Positions 26,401 through 39,600 of a stretch of 64,000 nucleotides of DNA are shown in pieces. The number at the start of each line of letters is the position of its first letter. Within the stretch, counting starts at the first letter, position 1. The translations under genes were made by a program, and so were the position numbers. The notes under the pieces were generated by a model. The model had not been told where the DNA came from, did no database searches, and saw only the letters and a list, made by a program, of their open reading frames with translations. Location: NCBI GenBank assembly GCA_965655095.1, contig OZ296649.1, positions 148,862,001 to 148,926,000 of the forward strand, in the 5' to 3' direction. Source of the DNA: Haplodiscus bocki. Taxonomy: Eukaryota.

Positions 26401-27157
26401 CTGACAGCCATACCTAGTAACAGCATGATACCTAACCATTGTCCTCGGATAGTAACTTTGTCGATCACGTTAATGTTATATTAAAGTCTTAGTATTGTAT
26501 ACATAAAATTTAGTTGTTTTTGTATATGAGAGGGAACATTGGTAAGCTAAGACAGTAGTTGCCTTAGCTCTGATAAACAAATCAACACGTGGTTTATTGT
26601 AGGCAACGTCATGTGGATTTGTACTACAATCATCAAGTCGATTAGGGTGAAACCGGCGTACGTTAAGACGTGCTCGACAAAAATATTTAATTGCCAATAT
26701 GTTGTTAATTTGGTCTTGATTGACAGTGTGAGTTTGATCTTCAAGAGGTTCGCCGTTCAGGAGAGGAAACTGGAGAGCTAAGAAGAGCTGGAGTATGATG
26801 GTCTTGAAAAAGGATTTAAAAAGGTAGCAGTTCCACGAGGAGTGCAAGTAGATGGATCAAAATTAAATTTTAGGCTTGCACAAACAAACGAGGCATGTGA
26901 GGTTCTATAGGTTATATCTGAGCAGAAAAGTGGAAAGGGACGAACATATAATCTTTTAAAACAAACGCGTATGGAGAACTGAATTTCCAAATTGGGTTTA
27001 TAAAGGATGGCAATTTCCTTAGTCTTTTTCGCGGGACTAAGACTTAAAGAGCGATTTATATTAACAATGCCATCGGATTCAAGAGTGCTATCAAGATAAA
27101 ACCCAGTAGAAAAAATAAAGGACTGTGCGTTTTGATGGGTATTTCAAAAGTTCAGGC

Positions 27158-27176
27158 GAGAGAGAGAGAGAGAGAG
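27158..27176 (+). repeat. (GA)9G microsatellite expansion in U9
   Basis: Other units read GGAGAGAGGGAGG at this site. Confidence 0.9.
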
Positions 27177-30130
27177 GTAACTCATGCGATGAATTTAAAC
27201 TGAAACATTGAATGTGAAGTTCGACACAAGTAGTCGTATCCAAAGATGTATGCTCAAGAGATGTAGGGCTAATTAAATTACGGATCGGACGAGGAGAAAG
27301 GTCAGTAGTTGACAATAATGCAATATTTGAATTACGAGACGGGTTAGTATTGGGTATAGAAGGTGAACGAGAGGTAAGTGGTGTATTAGAATGGCGAGGA
27401 GAGGAATCAACATAGTTTGTGAGTTTGTTAGTTGTGTTAAATTACTTGGAGACATTACAATTATATTTCCTCTGATAAGGGAAAAAGTACGAAAAAATTG
27501 AGTACTTCCAGTAATATTGAAATCATCGTCAGATAAAGTTATGGCATCAAAAGAAAGGATTAGGGTATCGTTAAATTCGTTTCCTGGGAGAATATCGAGG
27601 AGTGGTCTACTTGGTAAAATACTCTGGTTATGACATAGAGAAGCAATTTTTGAAAAGATTAAAAAACTACCTACGTGAGAAGAAACGTGAAGAAGAGGTC
27701 TGAATTTCGTTGATTGAAGGCTGAAAAATCACAGGATTTGAAAAATGGAGAGAGTGGTATCTATGAAATTTAAAGAGTCGGTTGACTATTTTGTACTTTT
27801 CAGTAAAATACCAATATGGAAAGTTTTCAAAAATTAGAGAGACCGGTTACTTGAACGAAATCTAGTAACTTAGCAAAGAAGAAATGAACGGTTGAAGAGA
27901 TGCATCTTGATGACTTTGTTAATTTTCATATAACTGTCAGATGGAAACTTTAAATGTTAAGAAGCCGGAAGAGATATTTTTGTAGTTCGTCAAGTATCAA
28001 CAAGAGATATTTTGTTGTTTGTTAAAAAGCAGCAAGAGAGCTTCTGTTATTTGTCAAGTAGTAGCAAGAGAGCTTTTGTTGATTTCATGTGCCAGCTCAA
28101 TGAGTCGAAGATAAGCGATGAACGAAGAGAAGAAATTATTCAGCTAAACTACTTTGCAGTGAAAAACTAATGAGTGGTTGAAGACTTCGTATCATGGAAT
28201 TTTGTTGGCTAGCAGCGAGTTTGACTTGGGAGGTAACTTAACGTTCTAGAAAGTTGTTTCGAATTCCGAAGCGTATATTGGTTATAAAATGCCGAAGATC
28301 GAGTTCAAAGAGTATCTATCGAAAACAACAATATTCCTACCGGTGCAATCCCAACGCTCGGTTAGTAACTCCGTCAAAAAACGATCTGAATGGTAGGCGA
28401 ATTTCATAAGAGAGATAAATGTAGGTTCTAAGAAACTGTTTGGATTTTTGAATAGTTCATTAGTCTTTCAAAATCTCGGAAAACGAAGTCAAAACATCTA
28501 AAAAAATGAAAGTTTATTTTGCTTTGATATGCGGTGTAGTTATGAACAGATAAAGGGATTATTTGGAAGGATAATAATTTTGAAAAAAAGGGGCTGTCTA
28601 AACTGATTTGAGCTATTTTTCTCCCGAGTGAAAATAATATTTAGATGGAGTTAGATGGGTCCGGTAGTCTTTGACAGGTTGTCGTCGAAGACGGCGGGTT
28701 GTTCGGGATTGATAATATCCGGAAGTTTGGGAAGATGTTGCGCCTAGTGGAGGCGCTGTTGGTGTTTTGGTATCAGTTCGATTGGTATTTGCTTGATTAT
28801 TCAGCGTAGTAGGCGGTTTTTGAGAATTATCAAAGATTAATGGAGACGAAGTGTCGTCATCAGTGGAATTTGTCGAGGTTTGGTGCCTGTCAGTCAAAAA
28901 GAAATCTGGTGTAGTCTCGTTGCCAGAATCTTCTAGCGAATCGCAAGGTAATCGCTCGGGTGCATATATTTCGCCGGCTGGGTTAAACGAGGATATGGTT
29001 ATATGTGGCTTAAAAGAAACCGTTTTATATTGTTGGAAAAGTTATTCTAAATGGGGGACAACGGGATAAAATGGGATCAAATGGTTTCGGTGTGCGAACA
29101 AAACATTTCCTTGATGTGACAGTAACTGATATTTCACATTTTACTCGACGCATTGTATTTGTAGAACCATCTGGAATCCATGATTATTAATGTGATTGAG
29201 GGCTGTAGTCCCATACACCATAAAAATCTTGATCCAATGGGGTCGCTTGCATGGAACTTTGAATACGAATGAGATAATCTTGCTGTCCTGAATCAGTTAA
29301 GAAAAGAGTTTGAGGAGATTCCATGGTTCGGTTAGACCCTGGACCGGAAAGTTCCAAGAGAAAGCTGACATGACTCTGACAGCCATACCTAGTAACAGCA
29401 TGATACCTAACCATTGTCCTCGGATAGTAACTTTGTCGATCACGTTAATGTTATATTAAAGTCTTAGTATTGTATACATAAATTTTAGTTGTTTTTGTAT
29501 ATGAGAGGGAACATTGGTAAGCTAAGACAGTAGTTGCCTTAGCGCTGATAAACAAATCAACACGTGGTTTATTGTAGGCAACGTCATGTGGATTTGTACT
29601 ACAATCATCAAGTCGATTAGGGTTAAACCGGCGTACGTTAAGACGTTCTCGACAAAAATATTTAATTGCCAATGTGTTGTTAATTTGGTCTTGATTGACA
29701 GTGTGAGTTTGATCTTCAAGAGGTTCGCCGTTCAGGAGAGGAAACTGGAGAGCTAAGAAGAGCTGGAGTATGATGGTCTTGAAAAAGGATTTAAAAAGGT
29801 AGCAGTTCCACGAGGAGTGCAAGTAGATGGATCAAAATTAAATTTTAGGCTTGCACAAACAAACGAGGCAGGTGAGGTTCTATAGGTTATATCTGAGCAG
29901 AAAAGTGGAAAGGGACGAACATATAATCTTTTGAAACAAACGCGTATGGAGAACTGAATTTCCAAATTGGGTTTATAAAGGATGGCAATTTCCTTAGTCT
30001 TTTTCGCGGGACTAAGACTTAAAGAGCGATTTATATTAACAATGCCATCGGATTCAAGAGTGCTATCAAGATAAAACCCAGTAGAAAAAAGAAAGGACTG
30101 TGCGTTTTGATGGGTATTTCAAAAGTTCAG

Positions 30131-30149
30131 GAGAGAGAGAGAGAGAGAG
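30131..30149 (+). repeat. (GA)9G microsatellite expansion in U10
   Basis: Same site and same expansion as 27158-27176. Confidence 0.9.
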
Positions 30150-31590
30150 GTAACTCATGCGATGAATTTAAACTGAAACATTGAATGTGAAGTTCGACAC
30201 AAGTAGTCGTATCCAAAGATGTATGCTCAAGAGATGTAGGGCTAATTAAATTACGGATCGGACGAGGAGAAAGGTCAGTAGTTGACAATAATGCAATATT
30301 TGAATTACGAGACGGGTTAGTATTGGGTGTAGAAGGTGAACGAGAGGTAAGTGGTGTATTAGAATGGCGAGGAGAGGAATCAACATAGTTTGTGAGTTTG
30401 TTAGTTGTGTTAAATTACTTGGAGACATTACAATTATATTTCCTCTGATAAGGGAAAAAGTACGAAAAAATTGAGTACTTCCAGTAATATTGAAATCATC
30501 GTCAGATAAAGTTATGGCATCAAAAGAAAGGATTAGGGTATCGTTAAATTCGTTTCCTGGGAGAATATCGAGGAGTGGTCTACTTGGTAAAATACTCTGG
30601 TTATGACATAGAGAAGCAATTTTTGAAAAGATTAAAAAACTACCTACGTGAGAAGAAACGTGAAGAAGAGGTCTGAATTTCGTTGATTGAAGGCTGAAAA
30701 ATCACAGGAGTTGAAAAATGCAGAGAGTGGTATCTATGAAATTTAAAGAGTCGGTTGACTATTTTGTACTTTTCAGTAAAATACCGATATGGAAAGTTTT
30801 CAAAAATTAGAGAGACGGGTTACTTGAACGAAATCTAGTAACTTAGCAAAGAAGAAATGAACGGTTGAAGAGACGCATCTTGATGACTTTGTTAATTTTC
30901 ATATAACTGTCAGATGGAAACTTTAAATGTTAAGAAGCCGGAAGAGATATTTTTGTAGTTCGTCAAGTATCAACAAGAGATATTTTGTTGTTTGTTAAAA
31001 AGCAGCAAGAGAGCTTCTGTTATTTGTCAAGTAGTAGCAAGAGAGCTTTTGTTGATTTCATGTGCCAGCTCAATGAGTCGAAGATAAGCGATGAACGAAG
31101 AGAAGAAATTATTCAGCTAAACTACTTTGCAGTGAAAAACTAATGAGTGGTTGAAGACTTCGTATCATGGAATTTTGTTGGCTAGCACCGAGTTTGACTT
31201 GGGAGGTAACTTAACGTTCTAGAAAGTTGTTTCGAATTCCGAAGCGTATATTGGTTATAAAATGCCGAAGATCGAGTTCAAAGAGTATCTATCGAAAACA
31301 ACAATATTCCTACCGGTGCAATCCCAACGCTCGGTTAGTAACTCCGTCAAAAAACGATCTGAATGGTAGGCGAATTTCATAAGAGATAAATGTAGGTTCT
31401 AAGAAACTGTTTGGGTTTTTGAATAGTTTATTAGTCTTTCAAAATCTCGGAAAACGAAGTCAAAACATCTAAAAAAAATGAAAGTTTATTTTGCTTTGAT
31501 ATGCGGTGTAGTTATGAACAGACAAAGAGATTATTTGGAAAGACAACAATTTTAAAAAACAGAGGCTGTCTAAACTGATTTGAGCTATTT

Positions 31591-32109
31591 TTATCCCGAG
31601 TGAAAATAAAATTTAGATGGAGGTATATGGGTGCTGTAGCCTTTGACAGGTTGTCGTCGAAGACGGCGGGTTGTTCGGAATTGAGAATATACTGAAGTTT
31701 GGTAAGATGTTGCGCCTAGTGGAGGCGCTGTTGGTGTTTTGGTATCAGTTTGATTGGTATTTGCTTGATCATTCAGCATAGTAGGCGGTTGTTGAGAATT
31801 ATCAAAGATTAATGGAGACGAAGTGTCGTCATCAGTGGAATTTATCGAGGTTTGGTGCCTGTCAGTCAAAAAGAAATCTGGTGTAGTCTCGTTGCCAGAA
31901 TCTTCTAGCGAATCGCAAGGTAATCGCTCGGGTGCACATATTTCACCGGCCGGGTTAAAGGAGGATATGGTTATATGTGGCTTGAAAAAAACAGTTTTAT
32001 ATTGTTGAAAAAAATTTTCTAAATGGGGGACAACGGGATAAAATGGGATCAAATGGTTTCGGTGTGCGAACAAAACATTTCCTTGATGTGACAGTAACTG
32101 ATATTTCAC
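31591..32109 (-). pseudogene. pol 3' end fragment: integrase C-terminal region plus S/T/P/D-rich tail (fully open copy, 5'-truncated)
   Basis: 172 open codons, VKYQLLSHQGNVLFAHRNHLIPFYP...RRLRRQPVKGY. 'Y.L....G.....HRNHL.PFY' matches the end of the Ty3/Gypsy integrase C-terminal domain (Y-x-L...H-x-x-x-L-K-P-Y/F pattern). The basic R-x-L-R-R-x-P-x-x-Y end is typical of Gypsy pol termini. There is no real start: the annotated start is a GTG at the junction. Confidence 0.75.
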
Positions 32110-35082
32110 ATTTTACCCGACGCATTGTATTTGTAGAACCAACTGGAATCCAAGATTTATATTGTGATTGAGGGCTGTAGACCCATACACCATAAAAATC
32201 TTGATCCAATGGGGTGGCTTGCAAGGAACTTTGAATACGAATGAGATAATTTTGCTGTCCTAAATCAGTTAACAAAACAATAGTTTGAGGAGATTCCATG
32301 GTTCGGTTAGATCGTGGACCGGAAAGTTCCAAGAGAAAGCTGACATGACTCTGACAGCCATTCTTAGTAACAGCATGATACCTAACCAGTGTGCTCGGAT
32401 AGTTACTTTGTCCATCATGTTATTGGTTAGTCTTAGTATTGTAGACAAAAATTTTAGTTGTTTTTGTATATGAGAGGGAACATTGGTAAGCTAAGACAGT
32501 AGTTGCCTTAGCTCTGATAAACAAATCAACACGTGGTTTATTGTAGGCAACGTCATGGGGATTTGTACTACAATCATCAAGTCGATTAAGGTTAAACCGG
32601 CGTACGTTGAGACGTTCTCGACAAAAATAATGAATTGCCAATATGTTGTTTATTTCGTCTTGATTGACAGTGTGAGTTTGATCTTAAAGAGGTTCGTCGT
32701 TGAGGAGAGAGAGAATGTGAGGGAACTGGAGAGCTAAGAAGAGCTGGAGTATGACAATTTTGAACAAGGATTATAAAAGGTAGCAGTTCCACGAGGACTG
32801 CAAGTAGATGGATAAAAATCAAATTTCAGGCTTCAATAAACGAGGCAGGTGAGGTTCTATAGGTTATACCTGGGCAGAAAAGTGGAACGGGACGAACATA
32901 TAAGCTTTTAAAACAAACGCGAATGGAGAAGTGAATTTCTAAATTCGGTTTATAAAGGATGGCAATTTCCTTAGTCTTTTTTGCGGGACTAAGACTTAAA
33001 GAGCGATTTATATTAACAATGCCATCGGATTCAAGAGTGTTATCAAGATAAAATCCAGTAGAAAGAAAATTAAAGGACTGTGCGTTCTGATGGGTATTTC
33101 AAAAGTTCTGGAGAGAGGAAGGTAATTCATGTGATGAATTTAAACTGAAACATTGAATGTGACGTTCGAGACAAGTAGTCGTATCCAAAGATGTATGCTC
33201 AAGAGATGTAGGATTAATTAAATTATGGACTGGACGAAGAAAAAGGTCAGTAGTTGACAATAATGCAATATTTAATTTACGAGACGGGTTAGTAATGGGT
33301 GTAGAAGGTGAACGAGAGATAAGTGGTGTATTAGATTGGCGAGGAGAGGAATGAACATAGTTTGTGAGTCTGTTAGTTGTGTTAAATTACTTGGAGACAT
33401 TACAATTATAGTTCCTCTGATAAGGGAAAAAGTATGAAAAAATTTAGTACTTCCAGTAATATTGAAATCATCGTCAGATAAAGTTATGGCATCATAAGAA
33501 AGGATTATGGTATCGTTAAATTCGTTTCCTGGGAGAATATCGGGGAGTGGTCTATTTGGTAAAATATTCTGGTTAAGATATGGTGAAGCAATTTTTGAAA
33601 AAAATAAAAAACTACCTTTGTGAGATGAAACCTGAAGAAGAGCTTTGAATTTCGTTGTTTGAAGGCTGAAAGATCAGAGGAGTTGGAAATTGAAGAGAGT
33701 GGTATCTATGAAAATTAAAGAGTCGGTTAACTATTTTGTATATTTTGGTAAAATACCGATAAGGAAAGTGTTCAAAAACTAGAGGGACCGCTTTTTTGAA
33801 GAAATCTAGTAGCTTAGCCAAGAAGAAATGAACGATTGAAGAGATTCATCTTGATGAGTTTGTTAATTTTCAAATAACTGTGAGATACAATCTTTAAATG
33901 TTAAGAAGCAGCAAGAGAGATTTTTGTTGTTCTTCAAGTATCAACAAGAGATATTTTGTTGTTTGTTAAATAGCAGCAAGAGAGCTTCTGTTATTTGTCA
34001 AGTAGTAGCAAGAGAGCTTTTGTTGATTTCATGTACCAGCTGAATGAGTCGAAGATAAGCGATGAATGAAGAGAAGAAAATATTCAGCTAAACTATTTTG
34101 CAGTGGAAAGTCTAATGATTGGTTAAGGACTTCGTAACATGGAATTTTGTTGGCTAGCAGCGAGTTTGACTTGGGAGGTAACATAACGTTCTAGAAAGTT
34201 GTTTTGAATTCCGAAGCGTATATCGGTTATTAAATGCCGAAGATCGAGTTCAAAGGGTATCTATCGAAAACAACAATATTCGTACCGGTGCAATCCCAAC
34301 GCTCGGTTAGTAACTCCGTCAAAAAACGATCTGATTGGTAGGCGAATTTCATAAGAGAGATAAATGTAGGTTCTAAGAAACTGTTTGGGTTTTTGAATAG
34401 TTTATTAGTCTTTCAAAATCTCGGAAAACGAAGTCAAAACATCTAAAAAAATGAAAGTTTATTTTGCTTTGATATGCGGTGTAGTTATGAACAGACAAAG
34501 AGATTATTTGGAAAGACAACAATTTTAAAAAACAGAGGCTGTCTAAACTGATTTGAGCTATTTTTATCCCGAGTGAAAATAATATTTAGATGGAGGTATA
34601 TGGGTCCGGTAGTCTTTGACAGGTCGTCGAAGACGGCGGGTTGTTCGGGATTGAGAATATACGGAAGTTTGGGAAGATGTTGCGCCTAGTGGAGGCGCTG
34701 TTGGTGTTATGGTATCAGTTTGAAATGTATTTGCTTGATCATTCAGCGTAGTAGGCGGTTGTTGAGAATTATCAAAGATTAATGGAGACGACGTGCCGTC
34801 ATCAGTGGAATTTATCGATGTTTGGTGCCTGTCAGTCAAAAAGAAATCTGGTGTAGTTTCGTTGCCAGAATCTTCTAGCGAATCGCAAGGTAATCGCTCG
34901 GGTGCACATATTTCGCCGGCTGGGTTAAACGAGGATATGTTTATATGTGGCTTAAAAGAAACCGTTTTATATTGTTGGAAAAGTTATTCTAAATGGGGGA
35001 CAACGGGATAGAATGGGATCAAATGGTTTCGGTGTGCGAACAAAACATTTCCTTGATGTCACAGTAACTGATATTTCATATT

Positions 35083-35726
35083 TTACCCGACGCATTGTAT
35101 TTGTAGAACCGTCTGAAATCCATGACTTATATTGTAATTGAGGGCTGTAGACCCATACACCATAAAAATCTTGATCCAATGGGGTGGCTTGCATGGAACT
35201 TTGAATACGAATGAGATAATTTTGCGGTCCTAAATCAGTTAAGAAAACAATAGTTTAAGGAGATTCCATGGTTCGGTTAGATCGTGGACCGGAAAGTTCC
35301 AAGAGAAAGCTGATATGACTCTGACAGCCATTCTTAGTAACAGCATGATACCTAACCAGTGTGCTCGGATAGTAACTTTGTCGATCATGTTATTGGTTAG
35401 TCTTAGTATTGTAGACATATATTTTAGTTGTTTTTTGTATATGAGAGGGAACATTGGTAAGCTAAGACAGTAGTTGCCTTTGCTCTGATAAACAAATCAA
35501 CACGTGGTTTATTGTAGGCAACGTCATGTGGATTTGTACTACAATCATCAAGTCGATTAAGGTTAAACCGGCGTACGTTGAGACGTTCTCGACAAAAATA
35601 AAAAATTGCCAATATGTTGTTTATTTCGTCTTGATTGACAGTGTGAGTTTGATCTTCAAGAGGTTCGTCGTTCAGGAGAGGGAACTGGAGAGCTAAACAG
35701 AGATGGAGTATGATAATATTGAACAT
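35083..35726 (-). pseudogene. env-like glycoprotein 5' fragment (U12), with a 1-bp frameshift near 35430
   Basis: ATG at 35726 overlaps the end of ORF B. Homologous to 40944..41586. Confidence 0.58.
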
Positions 35727-36628
35727 GGATTATTAAAGGTAGGAGTTCCACGAGGATTGCAAGTAGATGGATCAAAATTAAATTTTAGGCTGGCACAAAC
35801 AAACGAGGCATGTGAGGTTCTATAGGTTATATCTGAGCAGAAAAGTGGAACGGGACGAACATATAAGCTTTTAAAACAAACGCGAATGGAGAACTGAATT
35901 TCTAAATTGGGTTTACAAAGGTTGGCAATTTCCTTAGTCTTTTTTGCGGGAGTAAGACTTAAAGAGCGATTTTTATTAACAATGCCATCGGATTCGAGAG
36001 TGTTATCAAGATAAAATCCAGTAGAAAGAAAATTAAAGGACTGTGCGTTCTGATGGGTATTTCGAAAGTTCTGGAGAGAGGAAGGTAATTCATGTGATGA
36101 ATTTAAACTGAAACATTGAATGTGACGTTCGAGACAAGTAGTCGTAATCAAAGATGTATGCTCAAGGGATGTAGGATTGATTAAATTATGGACTGGACGA
36201 GGAAAAAGGTCAGTAGTTGACAATAATGCAATATTTAATTTACGAGACGGGTTAGTAAATGGTGTAGAAGGTGAACGAGAGGTAAGTGGTGTATTAGATT
36301 GGCGAGCAATGAACATAGTTTGTGAGTTTGTTAGTTGTGTTAAATTACTTGGAGACATTACAATTATAGTTCCTCCGATAAGGGAAAAAGTACGAAAAAA
36401 TTTAGTACTTCCAGTAATATTGAAATCATCATCAGATAAAGTTATGGCATCATAAGAAAGGATTATGGTATCGTTAAATTCGTTTCCTGGGAGAATATCG
36501 GGGAGTGGTCTATTTGGTAAAATATTCTGGTTAAGATATGGTGAAGCAATTTTTGAAAAGAAGAAAAAACTACCTTTGTGAGATGAAACGTGAAGAAAAG
36601 GTTTGAATTTCGTTGTTTGAAGGCTCAA
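35693..36628 (-). pseudogene. Accessory ORF ('ORF B') of unknown function between pol and env; longest open copy (311 codons)
   Basis: Longest ORF in the window. Fragments of it recur in every unit. It probably extends further 5' across a frameshift into the FEHFPYRYFTKKYKIVNRLFKFHRYH frame. No domain was recognised, and the annotated start is not ATG. Confidence 0.6.
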
Positions 36629-39600
36629 AGATCAGAGGAGTTGAAAATTTGAGAGAGTGGTATCTATGAAATTTAAAGAGTCGGTTAACTATTTTGTATT
36701 TTTTAGTAAAATACCGATATGGAAAGTGTTCAAAAACTAGACGGACCGCTTTTTTGAAGGAAATCTAGTAGCTTAGCAAAGAAGAAATGAACGATTGAAG
36801 AGATTCATCTTGATGAGTTTGTTAAATTTCAAATAACTGTGAGATACAATCTTTAAATGTTAAGAAGCAGGAAGAGATATTTTTGTTGTTCGTCAAGTAT
36901 CAACAAGAGATATTTTGTTGTTTGTTAAATAGCAGCAAGAGAGCTTCTGTTAATTGTCAAGTAGTAGCAAGAGAGCTTTTGTTGATTTCATGTACCAGCT
37001 GAATGAGTCGAAGATAAGCGATGAATGAAGAGAAGAAATTATTCAGCTAAACTATTTTGCAGTGGAAAATCTAATGATTGATTGATGACTTCGTATCATG
37101 GAAATTTGTTGGCTAGCAGCGAGTTTGACTTGGGAGGTAACTTAACGTTCTAGAAAGTTGTTTTGAATTCCGAAGCGTATATCGATTATAAAATGTCGAG
37201 GATCGAGTTCAAAGAGTATCTATCGAAATCAACAATATTCGTACCGGTGCAATCCCAACGCTCGGTTGGTAACTCCGTCAAAAAACGATTTGATAGGTAG
37301 GCGAGTTTCATAAGAGAGATAAATGTAGGTTCTAAGAAACTGTTTCGATTTTTGAATAGTTTATTAGTCTTTCAAAATGTCGGAGAATGAGGTCAAAACA
37401 TCTACAAAACTGAAAGTTTAATTTGTTTTGATAGGCGGTGTAGTTATGAACAGACAAAGGGATTATTTGGAAGGATTATAATTTTGAAAAACAGACCCTG
37501 TCTAAACTGATTTGAGCTATTTTTATCCCGAGTGAAAATAATATTTAGATGGAGGTATATGGGTGCGTTAGTCTTTGACAGGTTGTCGTCGAAGACGGCG
37601 GGTTGTTCGGGATTGATAATATCCGGAAGTTTGGGAAGATGTTGCGCTTACTGGAGGCGCTGTTGGTGTGATGGTCTCAGTTTGATTGGTATTTGCTTGA
37701 TCATTCAGCGTAGTAGGCGGTTTTTGAGAATTATCAAAGATTAATGGAGACGAAGTGTCGTCATCAGTGGAATTTATCGAGGTTTGCTGCCTGTCAGTCA
37801 AAAAGAAATCTGGTGTAGTCTCGTTCCCAGAATCTTCTAGCGAATCGTAAAGTAATCGCTCGCGTGCATATATTTCGCCGGCTAGGTTAAACGAGGATAT
37901 GGTTATATGTGGCTTGAAAAAAAACCGTTTTATACTGTTGAAAAAGTTTTTCTAAATGGAGGACAACGGGATAAAACGGGATCAAATGGTTTCGGTGTGC
38001 GAACAAAACATTTCCTTGATGTGACAGTAACTGATATTTCACATTTTACCCGACGCATTGTATTTGTAGAACCGTCTGGAATCCATGATTTATATTGTGA
38101 TTGAGGGCTGTAGACCCATACACCATAAAAATCTTGATCCAATGGGGTGGCGGCTTGCATGGAACTTTGAATACGAATGAGATAAATTTGCTGTCCTGAA
38201 TCAGTTAAGAAAACAGTAGTTTGAAGAGATTGCATGGTTCGGTTAGATCGTGAAAGTTTCAAGAGAAAGCTGACATGACTCTGACAGCCATTCTTAGTAA
38301 CAGCATGATACCTAACCAGTGTGCTCAGATAGTAACTTTGTCGATCATTTTATTGGTTAGTCTTAGTAATGTAGACATAAATTTTAGTTGTTTTTGTATA
38401 TGAGAGGGAACATTGGTAAGCTAAGACAGTAGTTGCCTTAGCTCTGATAAACAAATCAACACGTGGTTTATTGTAGGCAACGTCATGTGGATTTGTACTA
38501 CAATCATCAAGTCGATTAAGGTTAAACCGGCGTACGTTAAGACGTTCTCGACAAAAATATTGAATTGCCAATATGTTATTTCGTCTTGATTGACAGTGTG
38601 AGTTTGATCTTCAAGAGGTTCGTCGTTGAGGAGAGAGAGAATGTGAGGGAACTGGAGAGCTAAGAAGAGCTGGAGTATGACAATTGTGAACAAGGATTAT
38701 AAAAGGTAGCAGTTCCACGAGGACTGCAAGTAGATGGATCAAAAACAAAATTCAGGCTTCAATAAACGAGGCAGGCGAGGTTCTATAGGTTATACCTGGG
38801 CAGAAAAGTGGAACGGGACTAACATATAATCTTTTAAAACAAACGCAAATGGAGAACTGAATTTCTAAATTCGGTTTATAAAGGATGGCAATTTCCTTAG
38901 TCTTTTTTGCGGGACTAAGACTTAAAGAGCGATTTATAATAACAATGCCATCGGATTCAAGAGTGTTATCAAGATAAAATCCAGTAGAAAGAAAATTAAA
39001 GGACTGTGCGTTTTGATGGGTATTTCAAAAGTTCTGGAGAGAGGGAGGTAATTCATGTGATGAATTTAAACTGAAGCATTGAATGTGACGTTCGACACAA
39101 GTAGTCGTATCCAAAGATGTATGCTCAAGAGATGTAGGATTAATTAAAATATGGATTGGACGAGGAGAAAGGTCAGTAGTTGACAATAATGCAATATTTA
39201 ATTTACGAGACGGGTTAGTAATGGGTGTAGAAGGTGAGCGAGAGGTAAGTGGTGTATTAGATTGGCGAGGAGAGGAATGAAGGTAGCTTGTGAGTTTGTT
39301 AGTTGTGTTAAAAAATTTGTAGACATTACAACTATAGTTCCTCTGATAGAGGAAAAAGTACGAAAAAACTTAGTACTTCCAGTGTTATTGAAATCATCGT
39401 CAGATAAGGTTATGGCATCATAAGAAAGGATTATGGTATCGTTAAATTGGTTTCTTGGGAGAATGTCGGGGAGTGGTCTATTTGGTAAAACATTTTGGTT
39501 ATGATATGGTGAAGCAATTTTTGAAAAGATTAAAAAAGCTATCTATGTGAGATGAAACGTGAGGAAGAGGTTTGAACTTCGTTGTTTGAAGGCAGAAAGA

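Larger units (their letters stand above)
35083..38045 (-). mobile_element. Representative repeat unit (U12): internal fragment (pol 3' end, spacer, accessory ORF, env 5' part) of an env-bearing Ty3/Gypsy-like LTR retroelement; all other units are homologous
   Basis: Minus-strand order: integrase C-terminal-like segment (38045-37523), spacer with 32-bp subrepeats, 311-codon ORF (36628-35693), then a signal-peptide ORF starting at ATG 35726 and truncated at the junction. The pol-to-env order and the motifs fit an env-carrying LTR element. No LTR, RT or gag was seen. Confidence 0.75.
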
